A stretch of 64,000 nucleotides of DNA, taken from positions 160,001-224,000 of IMG/VR virus record IMGVR_UViG_3300013121_000017. One strand, written 5' to 3'. This stretch comes from a virus. Taxonomy: Duplodnaviria; Caudoviricetes. A program made the position numbers and the translations under genes. This document shows, piece by piece, positions 45,703 to 55,022 of the stretch. Under the pieces are notes generated by a model. That model did no database searches and was not told where the DNA came from. It was given only the letters and a program-made list of their open reading frames with translations. Within the stretch, counting starts at the first letter, position 1. Each line of letters opens with the position of its first letter.

Positions 45703-46507
45703 GCATCCGCATCTTTTGCTGAAGCTTCTGTTTCCGAACGGCGGCAACCTTCTGGACCACAGCTTTGCGGTCCAGAACGATCTTGTCGTTTCTCATCATC
45801 GCTGCCATTCGCATGGTCAATCCGCATGGGTTGGACGTGCCGGTTTGCGCACACGGACAGCAGACAGGGTCGGCACTTTCAACCGTGATGGTGAGCGAAG
45901 TGCCGTCTGTGACGTAGACTGGTGGGATCTGACCATTGATCTTGACGGTGAAGACTGTGCAAGAGCCGGTTGGCGGCGGCAGTGTTCCCGTGTAGTTGAC
46001 ATAACCGTTGCCGACCGCTCTGAAAGATCCGCCGAGGTACTCGATGCAGCAAATGCCACTGGCCTGTGGCCCTTGGCCACCCTGCGTGCCAGTATCGCTG
46101 CTGCCGCCTTGCTGGTAGCTCGCCGGCACGATGCCTAGCGTCATGACAGATATTGATACGGCAGCTTCCTGGCCAACGATAGTTGTACCGTCTTCTTTGA
46201 GGATAAAGTCGGCGTAACTGGTTTCCTTGGTGATGGGGTCGGTACAACCCTGGACGCCCTGGCTGCCGCAGGTGAAATCAACAGTTACTGAGGAACAACA
46301 TGGTGGCGGACAGCACGGGCAAGGGCAGCAGCCAGCACCAAATCCGCCGGTTCCCTGGACTCCGTAGGCATACGGACCCTGACACCCCTGCGTGGCCGGA
46401 ACGGCAATCTGATCGCCGTTGATCCCCAGTTGGGCGGGAATGTCGAGTGGGTTGATCTCTCCCAGGAGGCCGGTGTAGCCCTGGTATCCGAACCAGCGAG
46501 CTTCCAA
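45683..46507 (-). CDS. Cys/Gly-rich protein with QG repeats, possible virion fibre-like protein
   Basis: GYQG, TQGCQG, GCCPCPCCPPPCC, GSQGVQG. Confidence 0.55.
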   Translation of the reverse strand: MEARWFGYQGYTGLLGEINPLDIPAQLGINGDQIAVPATQGCQGPYAYGVQGTGGFGAGCCPCPCCPPPCCSSVTVDFTCGSQGVQGCTDPITKETSYADFILKEDGTTIVGQEAAVSISVMTLGIVPASYQQGGSSDTGTQGGQGPQASGICCIEYLGGSFRAVGNGYVNYTGTLPPPTGSCTVFTVKINGQIPPVYVTDGTSLTITVESADPVCCPCAQTGTSNPCGLTMRMAAMMRNDKIVLDRKAVVQKVAAVRKQKLQQKMRMLKSSPS

Positions 46508-46508
46508 A

Positions 46509-46793
46509 TTACCGCCTTTCGGTCCCGAAGAAGTCCGCTGGGTATTCCATCTTCACGACACCGTTGCCAGTTGTAGGTTTGCCGTCTTCGCCCTCAACCC
46601 ACCAGCGGACCTGTTTCACTTCGATCCCCAGTTGTTCCATGTGGCATTTGTCGCCAGGGAACACCGGCATGTGGTACTCGTTGCCGTCGATCAGGACGGC
46701 AACTTTGCACTCACCTTTGTCGCGGTTGTAGAGCAAGCAGTTGTTGCAGATGTGTTCCACCGGCTTCTTCTGCTTCTTGTTTTCGTCTTCCAT
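46509..46793 (-). CDS. Small Cys-containing protein
   Basis: CNNC..C..C; TAAATA upstream. Confidence 0.6.
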   Translation of the reverse strand: MEDENKKQKKPVEHICNNCLLYNRDKGECKVAVLIDGNEYHMPVFPGDKCHMEQLGIEVKQVRWWVEGEDGKPTTGNGVVKMEYPADFFGTERR

Positions 46794-46866
46794 TTCAACC
46801 CCTTCTTTCGTTATAATCACGTCATCGTCAACGTCATCGGCCCCGTCTTCTATTTAGGAGCCTGCC

Positions 46867-47496
46867 ATGAAGCACATAGTCTTTTCTGGTCAACTCGCCA
46901 ACGGCAAGGATGTCCTGGCCGACATGACCCATGAGATTCTAAACGGAATGAATGGTCCGGTCTGGAAGCGGTCAGCTTTCGCGGGGGCTGTGAAGGACAT
47001 TTACTGCCATGCTTTCGACGTGGACCGTGACTTCGTGGAGAAATGGAAGCGAGATCCTTCACCGCCACCCGGCTTCCTTCAGACCGTCCGCAAAAGCCTC
47101 CAGTTCATCGGAGACGGCTTCCGCACCATCCAGGCCGAAGTCTGGATCAATCTTGCTCTGCGTGGCGAGTATCTCATTCTGAGCGACGGACGCTATATCA
47201 ATGAAGCGAGGGCTGCGAAGAAACTGGGCGGGGTCAACATCCTTGTCTGGCGTCCTGGGTTCGAGAACAACGATCCCAACCTGTCAGAGGCCCAGATTCT
47301 GCCGATTGTCCAGTGGGCGGTCGCTACGGAGCAGAATGGCCCAATCGACCACAGCCGGAAGAACCCGCTGACGGGAACGATCCCCGAGGGTGTCGAAAAC
47401 TACGACTACTTCTTCCGCAATGACGTGCCGCTTGAAGCCCTCGAAGCCAAAGTGAAGCGCGAATTGATTCCCTTCCTGCGGCATAGATACCAGTGA
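46867..47496 (+). CDS. dNMP kinase-like P-loop protein
   Basis: SGQLANGKD, FAGAVK, R..LQ.IG, SDGRY.NE. Confidence 0.8.
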   Translation: MKHIVFSGQLANGKDVLADMTHEILNGMNGPVWKRSAFAGAVKDIYCHAFDVDRDFVEKWKRDPSPPPGFLQTVRKSLQFIGDGFRTIQAEVWINLALRGEYLILSDGRYINEARAAKKLGGVNILVWRPGFENNDPNLSEAQILPIVQWAVATEQNGPIDHSRKNPLTGTIPEGVENYDYFFRNDVPLEALEAKVKRELIPFLRHRYQ

Positions 47497-47517
47497 GGGT
47501 CCAACAAGCGAGGGTCT

Positions 47518-47889
47518 GTGGCCAATCATTTCATTCCCCAAGGGGAACAACATTTTGTGCCGAAGGGCTGGGGCTTCGAGCGGTGGATCGTGAACAACGA
47601 CCTCTACTGCGGGAAGCTACTGGGTTTCAATGCAGGAAAGTGTTGCAGTTGGCACTACCACGCAATCAAGGATGAAGTGCTGCTCTTGAACTCGGGTTCG
47701 ATCAAGGTGCTGTACTCCGATCAAGACGACATCTCCAGGGCCGAGGAAGTGATTCTCAAGCCGGGCGATGCGTTTCACGTCCCGACCGGACTCAGACATC
47801 GAATGGTGGCGCTCAAGGATAGCGAAATCTACGAATTCTCGACCCATCACGAAGATTCGGACTCTATCCGCTTGCAGCACGGAGACTGA
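47518..47889 (+). CDS. Cupin protein (mannose-6-phosphate isomerase-like)
   Basis: KGWG.E, SWHYH.IKDE, H.M..EFST. Confidence 0.85.
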   Translation: MANHFIPQGEQHFVPKGWGFERWIVNNDLYCGKLLGFNAGKCCSWHYHAIKDEVLLLNSGSIKVLYSDQDDISRAEEVILKPGDAFHVPTGLRHRMVALKDSEIYEFSTHHEDSDSIRLQHGD

Positions 47890-47898
47890 GGAGGCGTT

Positions 47899-48150
47899 AT
47901 GCACTACGTCGGACTGAATATGGCGGGTTCCACCACCCACTTCAAGACGAAGGAAAGGCGGTATTTGGGGGACATTGAGATCTTGGACGAACACATCCTC
48001 TACCAGAATGGTTGTTTCAAGCGAGTCAAGAGATGGCTACGCGGCAAACACCCTCAGCTTGGCATCCTGCATCAGGGCTACACCGGCTGGGAAACGATTC
48101 AAGAAGTGGATGTCATCATGGCAATGAAGACATTCACTGTCGTTGATTGA
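47899..48150 (+). CDS. Hypothetical protein
   Basis: GGAGG RBS. Confidence 0.55.
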   Translation: MHYVGLNMAGSTTHFKTKERRYLGDIEILDEHILYQNGCFKRVKRWLRGKHPQLGILHQGYTGWETIQEVDVIMAMKTFTVVD

Positions 48151-48436
48151 CCAGCACAGCCTCACAATTACTGTAGAGGCTGTCATGTTTTGTGGCATGA
48201 AAACCACGCTGGCCTTCATTCCAAACGACCAAGATTTCAAATTGGTCGAACGGGTAGCGTGTTGTGAAGACCTCCATTGCCGATTCCAAATCTTCACCAA
48301 CAGGCTCGTATAGCGATTCCGTCTTGGGAAACTTCCTATCGCCGATTTCGTGGAACTCGCCGGTTTCGCGGAATGTTTGGACGTACCACATCAACGCACT
48401 TTCTCGAAGGTCATCTTTTTGGTGTCGAATTTCCAC
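48134..48436 (-). CDS. Hypothetical protein
   Basis: ORF; start uncertain. Confidence 0.45.
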   Translation of the reverse strand: MEIRHQKDDLRESALMWYVQTFRETGEFHEIGDRKFPKTESLYEPVGEDLESAMEVFTTRYPFDQFEILVVWNEGQRGFHATKHDSLYSNCEAVLVNQRQ

Positions 48437-48684
48437 TGATTGGCAATGTCAGGGGTGATGCCGAATTGATTTGCGAATTCACTGATCTTGTCCACCAACG
48501 CACGTTCGGCGTTGACGACTTCCTGAGCGGTTTGAAGCTGCTGGATAGTCAAATTGGCCAGCTTGCACTTCAAGTCAACGACTGCTTTTTCGGCGGCGTA
48601 CACTTGCTCCGCTTGAGCAGCGTTCAGTTGAATCGGCTCGTCGGGCGGCGTAACTGGGTCGGTGGTTTTGGTTTTCTTTCTCAT
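48391..48684 (-). CDS. Coiled-coil hypothetical protein
   Basis: ORF divergent from 48702. Confidence 0.55.
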   Translation of the reverse strand: MRKKTKTTDPVTPPDEPIQLNAAQAEQVYAAEKAVVDLKCKLANLTIQQLQTAQEVVNAERALVDKISEFANQFGITPDIANQWKFDTKKMTFEKVR

Positions 48685-48701
48685 GAAGATAGTATAGTCT
48701 C

Positions 48702-48968
48702 ATGGCACAAGTAAAGAACATCTCCCAGTATGACGTGTGCATCATCACCGACTCCATGCGTGACGCGCGGATGAAAGTGACTCACACCATCAAGCCCGGC
48801 CAGACCATGAACATCCCTCTCAGTCCAGGCTTGAAACGCTTGGTGGAAGAGGGCCACGTTCAACTCATCAAAGGTGGGGAGATTCTTGACATTCCTGGGG
48901 GACTTCGTCACAAGCTACCGGAGCCGCTGCCGCCCCTTCGTTCAGTGGATGATGACTGGTCTGCTTAG
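48702..48968 (+). CDS. Small hypothetical protein
   Basis: TATAGT 3 nt upstream; ORF. Confidence 0.55.
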   Translation: MAQVKNISQYDVCIITDSMRDARMKVTHTIKPGQTMNIPLSPGLKRLVEEGHVQLIKGGEILDIPGGLRHKLPEPLPPLRSVDDDWSA

Positions 48969-49617
48969 ACCGCTGCTGTTGCTGGATCTTCGCCCTCAGC
49001 TTGTTCATTCCCTTCTCGGTCAAAACCATGAAACGCCACTGGCGGGCCAAACAGTATTGGTGACAGGCTTCCCACTTGGCTTTGTTCTTGCCGATCTGGG
49101 TCTGGCTGGAGGGCTTCACTTCCCACACCTCGACCGTGCCGTCCTTGAAAGTGATCCTCAGATCGGGGAAGTAGTCGTGTGATATTCCCAGGAAGGAATA
49201 CTTCACCGGGAAAGGTTCCTCTTCGTATTTGTGAACCTCGTCCCACCGTTCCAGCAGTTCGTAGACCTCACATTCCATGCCCGAGCGGTAGTGCATCTCT
49301 CGCTGGTTCTTTTCACTGATCATGTAGCCTTCACGGAAATGAGGCATCTTGGTGTTCATCTTCCCCTTCTTGGTGGAGATGTCTTTCCAAACCATCGCGC
49401 GGCTCGCACAAGTTTTCGGCAGTTTGTCGTATGGGTGCTTGGCCTTGAAGTGAGCTTTCATGTCACGGACAGGAGCTTGGCAGCGTGCCAGCGGACAAAC
49501 GACGTACTCACGACCTTCTTCGTGGTTCTTGGTGATGTGTTCCTTGAACAGATCGAAAGTGTCGAGACGCTCGCCGCAGACGAAGCACTGGTAGACTCGT
49601 TTTTCTTCCTTTGGCAT
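48868..49617 (-). CDS. Two C2H2 zinc fingers fused to a TnsA/gp4-like PD-(D/E)XK nuclease
   Basis: CFVC..H..H, CPLARC..H..H, YRSGME, YFPD, EVKP, KAKW. Confidence 0.8.
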   Translation of the reverse strand: MPKEEKRVYQCFVCGERLDTFDLFKEHITKNHEEGREYVVCPLARCQAPVRDMKAHFKAKHPYDKLPKTCASRAMVWKDISTKKGKMNTKMPHFREGYMISEKNQREMHYRSGMECEVYELLERWDEVHKYEEEPFPVKYSFLGISHDYFPDLRITFKDGTVEVWEVKPSSQTQIGKNKAKWEACHQYCLARQWRFMVLTEKGMNKLRAKIQQQQRSKQTSHHPLNEGAAAAPVACDEVPQECQESPHL

Positions 49618-50084
49618 CAGTCCTCCCTGCGGAGCGGGCGGCGGTCATCTTCTTGGTCTGCATCCATGTCGTGGATGTTGGCTGGCTTGATTTTCTTGCT
49701 GTTCTTCTTCAGGTGCTTCTCCAGCATGGATGCACATTTTTCCTGGCTGATGATCTTGATCTTCTTCATGTCCTTCTTGGTGAAGAGGGCTTGGGTAGCC
49801 TTACCCAGTAGAGCGTCGTAGAGGTTGATGGCTGCGAAGCGGGCCTCGGCGAGATCAGCGTCGTCCTTGTTGGGATGCTTGATTCGCGCGAAGGTAAGCC
49901 GGCTCTCCTCGGGACAGCCGTAAACGACCTTGTCCTTGGTAAAGAACATGATGAGGTTCTGGCCGTCGAGAAGCATCTTGATCTTGCTTGAGGCGTCGTC
50001 CTCGGCCAGATAGTTGTCCCAGATGTCCATCAAATGGCGGAAATCAGAAAAAGCCGGTGACTGTCTCAAATTCGCTTCACGCAT
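49617..50084 (-). CDS. Hypothetical protein
   Basis: TAAATA and GGAGG upstream. Confidence 0.7.
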   Translation of the reverse strand: MREANLRQSPAFSDFRHLMDIWDNYLAEDDASSKIKMLLDGQNLIMFFTKDKVVYGCPEESRLTFARIKHPNKDDADLAEARFAAINLYDALLGKATQALFTKKDMKKIKIISQEKCASMLEKHLKKNSKKIKPANIHDMDADQEDDRRPLRRED

Positions 50085-50157
50085 ATTGTTCCCTCCGTTC
50101 TATTTAGAGGGTGGACTGAAGAATGCTGGTGGGCAACGTGTAAGAATAGGGGGATGA

Positions 50158-50604
50158 ATGACTTGTCGAGACTGTGGCCAGCCCTGTGAAGGCTCCCGCT
50201 GTGATCTACACCGCAAGCTCCAGGCGGACGCTCGCAAGAGGCTGCTGGCCAAGCTGACGGCGGCAGAACGCAAGTATCGCCAGATCAGGTACAACGGCAG
50301 GCGAAGGAAAGCCTTGACTATCTCGAAAGAGGAGTTCATCAACTGGTTCGATTCTGCCCCGAAGGTGTGCTGCTACTGCGGCATCCCAGAGGAACGGTTG
50401 GCCGGCAACCCCGACAAGAAGAAGCGAAAGCTGACTGTGGATCGGAAGGACAGTTCAGGAGACTACTCCCTTGGGAACCTGTGCTTGGCCTGCTTCAGAT
50501 GCAACAACAGCAAGAGCGACTTCTTCACTCACGAAGAGTGGAAGCAGATCGCGGAGAAGTTTGTTCAGCCACGACTTGATGAGTATCACCGACTGGCTGG
50601 ATAG
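50158..50604 (+). CDS. HNH endonuclease
   Basis: CCYCG, LTVDRKD..Y..GN..LACFRCNNSK. Confidence 0.85.
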   Translation: MTCRDCGQPCEGSRCDLHRKLQADARKRLLAKLTAAERKYRQIRYNGRRRKALTISKEEFINWFDSAPKVCCYCGIPEERLAGNPDKKKRKLTVDRKDSSGDYSLGNLCLACFRCNNSKSDFFTHEEWKQIAEKFVQPRLDEYHRLAG

Positions 50605-50612
50605 ATAGAGGT

Positions 50613-51107
50613 ATGGCAACCGTAAGCTTTGCAGGGTTCCGTACCTTCCTTGAGAAATACGAGGCGAAGACCGAGAAGGACAAGGAAGAGGCCAGGGAAC
50701 GCTCAGATGACCGACAACCGATGGACAGCCTCGGAGGCGAGGAGTACCACTTCATGCGCGGTCCAAAGAAAACGAAGGCCAGTACCTACCGCAAAATCAA
50801 GAAGAGTGATCCGCAGCTTTCTGTGAATACGGATCTTCAAGACCCGGACCTGAAGGCCAATTATGTGCCACTCCAGATTACACCTGGGTTGCGTGGTGGC
50901 AAGGTCGAGCCGATTGACGCCGGCTATTCGATGCAGGCAACAGACGGCAGTGGACGCGATCTTGATCCTGATGAAATTCTAGCCAGGGTTGGCAAACGCC
51001 ACATGCGTCGAAAAGACATGACGAGTGGCGTGTACGATAGATGGGCCGCAGCCGCAGCCGGCGGTGCAGCCGGGGCTGGTCCAGGCCCAGCCCCAGGTCC
51101 AATGTAA
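50613..51107 (+). CDS. Hypothetical protein, possible internal head protein
   Basis: TAGATA 5 nt upstream; GFRTFLE motif. Confidence 0.65.
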   Translation: MATVSFAGFRTFLEKYEAKTEKDKEEARERSDDRQPMDSLGGEEYHFMRGPKKTKASTYRKIKKSDPQLSVNTDLQDPDLKANYVPLQITPGLRGGKVEPIDAGYSMQATDGSGRDLDPDEILARVGKRHMRRKDMTSGVYDRWAAAAAGGAAGAGPGPAPGPM

Positions 51108-51118
51108 AGAAGGATGAG

Positions 51119-51400
51119 ATGATCAAATTCAAAGAGTGGCTTCAGAAGTTTGAGGCAGATCTGGCAGCGGAGACGGCAACCACCTCTGGCGGCGGCGTTT
51201 CCACGACCACAAGTGACATCGCAGGCAATCCGTATGGTGCTGGCCCTACTTACGCCAACAAAGAGCGTGCCGGCTGGGTCAGAGACATGAACGGCGGCAG
51301 AAGCACTCGCTGCACCAAAGACAACGGCAAGTGTGGCCTCGCCGGTGACGGCAAGATCATGATGAAATTCAACAAGCCGACGCTCCACGACACGCCATGA
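51119..51400 (+). CDS. Small protein, possible internal head protein
   Basis: MIKFKEWLQKFE start. Confidence 0.6.
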   Translation: MIKFKEWLQKFEADLAAETATTSGGGVSTTTSDIAGNPYGAGPTYANKERAGWVRDMNGGRSTRCTKDNGKCGLAGDGKIMMKFNKPTLHDTP

Positions 51401-51417
51401 CATGACTATGATATGGC

Positions 51418-51759
51418 ATGCACCAATTCGCACTCGTCATCTGGGGGACACCCCAGCCATCCCAAGACGCTTCCCTCCCTTTGCCGAAAAACCCCTGGCT
51501 TCTACGTCGCCGGGTGGGCGGCGTGAAGTATGAGGTCGAGCGTCTTTTTTCACGTTTCGCTGAGAAGAGGCTCTCCCCTCAACAGGCGAAAGACCAGATC
51601 CTGACATTCCTGTCTTCCGAATACCAGCGGAACGAGGTATACTACCGATTCATCAACATGAGGATCGGCATCCGCCGGATGGCCGTATACCTTCTGGGCC
51701 GCTACATTCAGGAGTTTGAGCAATGTCGGAAGAACAGGTCCACGAACACTACGACGTGA
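51418..51759 (+). CDS. Hypothetical protein
   Basis: ORF. Confidence 0.45.
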   Translation: MHQFALVIWGTPQPSQDASLPLPKNPWLLRRRVGGVKYEVERLFSRFAEKRLSPQQAKDQILTFLSSEYQRNEVYYRFINMRIGIRRMAVYLLGRYIQEFEQCRKNRSTNTTT

Positions 51760-52628
51760 TGACCCTGGTCCCCAACCGGACCCACAAGCTGCTTGACTAT
51801 GGTCACGTCACGCTCGTTGACTGTATGCCGCGTTTTGCCCCGGTGGGCTTCACGGCAGACGCTGCCATTGTGCAGGCGGCACGGGTGTCCTACGGCGACG
51901 GCACGAAGAAAACCTCTGAAGACAGAGGTCTGATTCGTTATCTGATGCGTCACGGTCACACCACGCCGTTCGAGATGGTCGAGTTCAAGTTCCACTGCAA
52001 GATGCCCATCTTCGTCGCACGGCAGTGGATACGCCATCGCACCGCCAACGTCAACGAGATCTCGGGCCGCTACTCGATCATGAAGGACGAGTTCTACAAG
52101 CCGGATGCCGCCGGCATTCGCGCACAATCCAAGACGAACAAGCAGGGCGGCACAGATCCCATCGACGTGGAGACGGCCAAGGACTTTCTCGCCTATCTGG
52201 ACGAGATCTGCATCAAAGCCTACCAGACCTACGAGCAGTACGCGAAAGAGGGCGTGAGCCGCGAACAGGCTCGTATGGTCTTGCCACTCAACCTGTACAC
52301 GGAATGGTACTGGAAGATTGACCTCCACAACCTCTTCCACTTCCTCGGCCTCCGCTGTGACGCCCACGCTCAGTACGAAATCCGCGTCTTCGCCGATGCG
52401 ATGCTAGAATTGATTAAGCCTCTCGTACCGTTCGCGGTCGAGGCTTGGAACGACTATCACTTCCGCCGGCAAGCCGTTCTGCTGACCCGTCTGGAAGTGG
52501 ACGCTCTCAAGAAGATGCTCGGCGAAGACTGCAAGGGCGTCATGATTGACAGCGACAACAGTCGTGAAAAGGAAGAGTGGAAAGCCAAGCTGATTCGCCT
52601 GGGTCTGACCCTCGAATCAGGCTTCTAG
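51723..52628 (+). CDS. thyX: Flavin-dependent thymidylate synthase
   Basis: AARVSYG, HTTPFE, RQWIRHR..NEISGRY, AQYEIR. Confidence 0.96.
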   Translation: MSEEQVHEHYDVMTLVPNRTHKLLDYGHVTLVDCMPRFAPVGFTADAAIVQAARVSYGDGTKKTSEDRGLIRYLMRHGHTTPFEMVEFKFHCKMPIFVARQWIRHRTANVNEISGRYSIMKDEFYKPDAAGIRAQSKTNKQGGTDPIDVETAKDFLAYLDEICIKAYQTYEQYAKEGVSREQARMVLPLNLYTEWYWKIDLHNLFHFLGLRCDAHAQYEIRVFADAMLELIKPLVPFAVEAWNDYHFRRQAVLLTRLEVDALKKMLGEDCKGVMIDSDNSREKEEWKAKLIRLGLTLESGF

Positions 52629-52636
52629 GAGGTTTC

Positions 52637-53092
52637 ATGAGCGATAGAGTTGGCAAGTTTGTACTTGCCGTGTCTTGCCTTACGCTGCTGTCCGTCGCGT
52701 TCCTGACGTACCGCAGTTTTTCCCCGTTGGCGTTCGTTGCCAACGAATACAGCCCGACTTCTGACCAAGTGACCACGGACTTGCTCGGCAAGTCTGTGGG
52801 CCTCCCACAGGGCCAGATCTGGGGTTTCAATCCCGATCAGGCTTTGACGGTGAAGACGGTCGGGAAGAAGCAGTTGGACCCGGATACTGTCGTTGTGACG
52901 GTTGATGTCAACGCCGTTGTCAAGTTCCCACCGCCGCCGAAGGAAGGCCCGAATGCACCAAAGGCCAACGACCCGCCCGCGCCTAAGAAGGCGACGTTGA
53001 CTGGGTTGGCCAAGGTCTACTACGAGCGACACCAGGGACAGTGGTACTGTACCAGCGTGGACGGCATCAACCTCAAGGTGACAGCGGAATGA
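52637..53092 (+). CDS. Membrane-anchored or secreted protein
   Basis: AGGAGG RBS; N-terminal TM. Confidence 0.7.
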   Translation: MSDRVGKFVLAVSCLTLLSVAFLTYRSFSPLAFVANEYSPTSDQVTTDLLGKSVGLPQGQIWGFNPDQALTVKTVGKKQLDPDTVVVTVDVNAVVKFPPPPKEGPNAPKANDPPAPKKATLTGLAKVYYERHQGQWYCTSVDGINLKVTAE

Positions 53093-53298
53093 CGATTCGT
53101 CAGTCCTTCTACCTTGTGTGTTGCAACTGCAACAACCAGTTTATTGACCCGCAGTATGGAGGTCAGTTTTGCAGTCCCGAGGAAGCCAAAGAGACGGCTA
53201 TGAAGAGGGGCTGGAAGATCGATGTCCCAGTGCCTAATGGATCACTGTGGGATTTCTGTCCGAGATGTGCAACAAAAAACCCCGCGTCAGATGACTGA
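53089..53298 (+). CDS. Small Zn-ribbon protein
   Basis: CCNC..GW..FCPRC; ATGA overlap. Confidence 0.6.
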   Translation: MTIRQSFYLVCCNCNNQFIDPQYGGQFCSPEEAKETAMKRGWKIDVPVPNGSLWDFCPRCATKNPASDD

Positions 53299-53316
53299 CG
53301 CGGGGTTTCCTTTTTC
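53276..53316. terminator. Bidirectional terminator
   Basis: AAAACCCCGCGTCAG-ATGA-CTGACGCGGGGTTT. Confidence 0.8.
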
Positions 53317-53326
53317 AGGGCCGGTA

Positions 53327-54064
53327 TTAGCGGCGGATGACGACTCTGTTGCCGAAGAGGCCGTTGCGGACAACGACCGCGTTGTTACCGACGACGACTC
53401 TGTTGCCAAAGACACCGTTGCGGACGGCAACCACGTTGTTGTGGCCGAAGCCGACGTTGCGGACGGCAACCACGTTGTTGTGGCCGAAGCCGACACCGTA
53501 GTTACCGAAGCCGACACCGTAGTTACCGAAGCCGACACCGTAGTTACCGAAGCCGACACCGTAGTTACCGAAGCCGACACCGTAGGTCGGGGTGGCAACC
53601 ACACCAACCGGGCAAACCGGGGCTGCGTAGACAGGTGCTGCGACCGGGCAGGGTGCTGCGACAGGTGCTGCGACCGGGTAGCTGTAAGGAATCGGGGCTG
53701 CGATGGTCGGAACAGCGACCGCGACGGGCGGTGCGTAGGCGACCGGGACAGCGACCGGGTAGGCATACGGAACAGCAGCGAAGGCGTTGTAGCCGTAGCC
53801 ACCGAAGCCGACACCGTAGTTGCCGAAGCCGAAGCCGAAGTTGTTGTAGCCGTGGTTGAAGCTGCGAACAGCGACCACGTTGTTGTGGAAGCCGACGTTG
53901 CGGACGGCGACCACGTTGTTGTGACCGAAGCCGACGTTGCGGACGGCGACTACGTTGTGGCCATTACCCACACGGACAGCCACTGTTCCGTGTGCTTGGG
54001 CAGCAGTTGCCGATCCGCAGATCAGCGCCACCACCAGGGCCATCGAGGCGAAAAACTTGTTCAT
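53327..54064 (-). CDS. Secreted low-complexity Gly/Val/Asn/Tyr repeat protein
   Basis: Signal peptide ending AQA; NNVVAVRNVGFGH and GFGNYGV repeats; AAGGAG RBS. Confidence 0.8.
   Translation of the reverse strand: MNKFFASMALVVALICGSATAAQAHGTVAVRVGNGHNVVAVRNVGFGHNNVVAVRNVGFHNNVVAVRSFNHGYNNFGFGFGNYGVGFGGYGYNAFAAVPYAYPVAVPVAYAPPVAVAVPTIAAPIPYSYPVAAPVAAPCPVAAPVYAAPVCPVGVVATPTYGVGFGNYGVGFGNYGVGFGNYGVGFGNYGVGFGHNNVVAVRNVGFGHNNVVAVRNGVFGNRVVVGNNAVVVRNGLFGNRVVIRR
53484..53585. repeat. Coding 21-bp tandem repeat (4 full copies plus partial)
   Basis: GCCGACACCGTAGTTACCGAA repeated without spacers. Confidence 0.9.
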
Positions 54065-54131
54065 GTTAGCTCTCCTTGTGAGTTCGAGTTCAGAGTTGAC
54101 CTCAAGAGTATGTATGCCGCTGACTCACTAT

Positions 54132-54998
54132 TTAGCGGCCCTCAAGCCAAGCCGTAATGACTTGGTACTCTTGCTGGGTCAGGGCGAAGTTAGACTGACG
54201 CGGGGGCATCCGGCCTCCCTTGATCTCACTGAGCATTGACCTGAACGGGGCGTCCGGGTTCAACTGATTCAACTGACTGAAGATCACGACCTCGCCCTTG
54301 GACCCAGGCCCGGTGTGACAGTTCATGCAGTTCTTCGCCAGGGCGTTAATAGCCGGCTGTGCGAAGGGCGATTGCGGGTTGGGGCGACCACCAAGGTTTC
54401 CAACGGGCGGGTTTGTTGGTCCACCCACGGGCGGTGTGACCGGCGGCGTCACAGGAGCCTGTGCGCCAGGGTAGATTGCCATTGGAGGTCCGTCGTCTGT
54501 GCCGCCATTATCAATGGCGTCCTGACGCCGCATTTCTTCCAAGAGCAGCTTGGCAAGTTCCTTCAGCTTGGCGTTGCCGTTATCAGCACCGGGCATAACC
54601 GGCTGAGGCTGTGCAACTGGTTGCTGGTAGGGACCGTTGTACTGAACCGGCGGTGCATAGCTGGGGCCGGCAGGCATGCCTCCTGGCTGAACCGGGTATG
54701 GCGATCCATAACCGGGAGCAGGTGCGCCTGGGTAGACTGGTACGCCTGGGGCCACAGCGACAGGCGGAACGTACTGGTATGTGAAGGCAGGCACGATGAC
54801 CGGGAGGGCCACAGGCACTGCGATGGGGGTAATAACTTCAGCGACTGGCGTAACCACAGCAGGCTTGTGAACCACGACCGGAGTGTGGCACACAGGATTG
54901 CCTCGGACGACTACGCCACGTCCACACGACTGAGCAAACACTGGTGACGCTGCAAACGCCAGCAGGAATGCACAGAGAAAAGCGATCTTCGTTTTCAT
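54132..54998 (-). CDS. Secreted Pro-rich protein with a C-terminal cytochrome c domain
   Basis: Signal peptide; CMNCH and GRMPP. Confidence 0.8.
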   Translation of the reverse strand: MKTKIAFLCAFLLAFAASPVFAQSCGRGVVVRGNPVCHTPVVVHKPAVVTPVAEVITPIAVPVALPVIVPAFTYQYVPPVAVAPGVPVYPGAPAPGYGSPYPVQPGGMPAGPSYAPPVQYNGPYQQPVAQPQPVMPGADNGNAKLKELAKLLLEEMRRQDAIDNGGTDDGPPMAIYPGAQAPVTPPVTPPVGGPTNPPVGNLGGRPNPQSPFAQPAINALAKNCMNCHTGPGSKGEVVIFSQLNQLNPDAPFRSMLSEIKGGRMPPRQSNFALTQQEYQVITAWLEGR

Positions 54999-55022
54999 GG
55001 GGGTTCTCCTTGTTGAGAGTAT

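Noticed and set aside
43855-45747. Long antisense ORFs (also 11043..12500, 23152..24360, 25464..26957, 32022..33506, 63058..63975, 53222..54157)
   Set aside because: Shadow frames opposite well-identified genes, expected from GC-rich codon bias; they have no motifs or RBS
26755-49617. Alternative genetic code, suggested by long C-terminal overlaps (27332, 34412, 40512, 48868) and a few in-frame TGAs (31902-32045, 33783)
   Set aside because: TAA, TAG and TGA all end conserved genes at expected positions, often as ATGA overlaps, and no single sense codon consistently marks the expected ends
48868-49617. Tn7-like transposon (TnsA)
   Set aside because: No TnsB/TnsC or terminal repeats; stand-alone TnsA/gp4-like nucleases are usual in T4-like phages
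53484-53585. Possible CRISPR array
   Set aside because: The 21-bp units are contiguous with no spacers and encode GFGNYGV in frame; no cas genes are present
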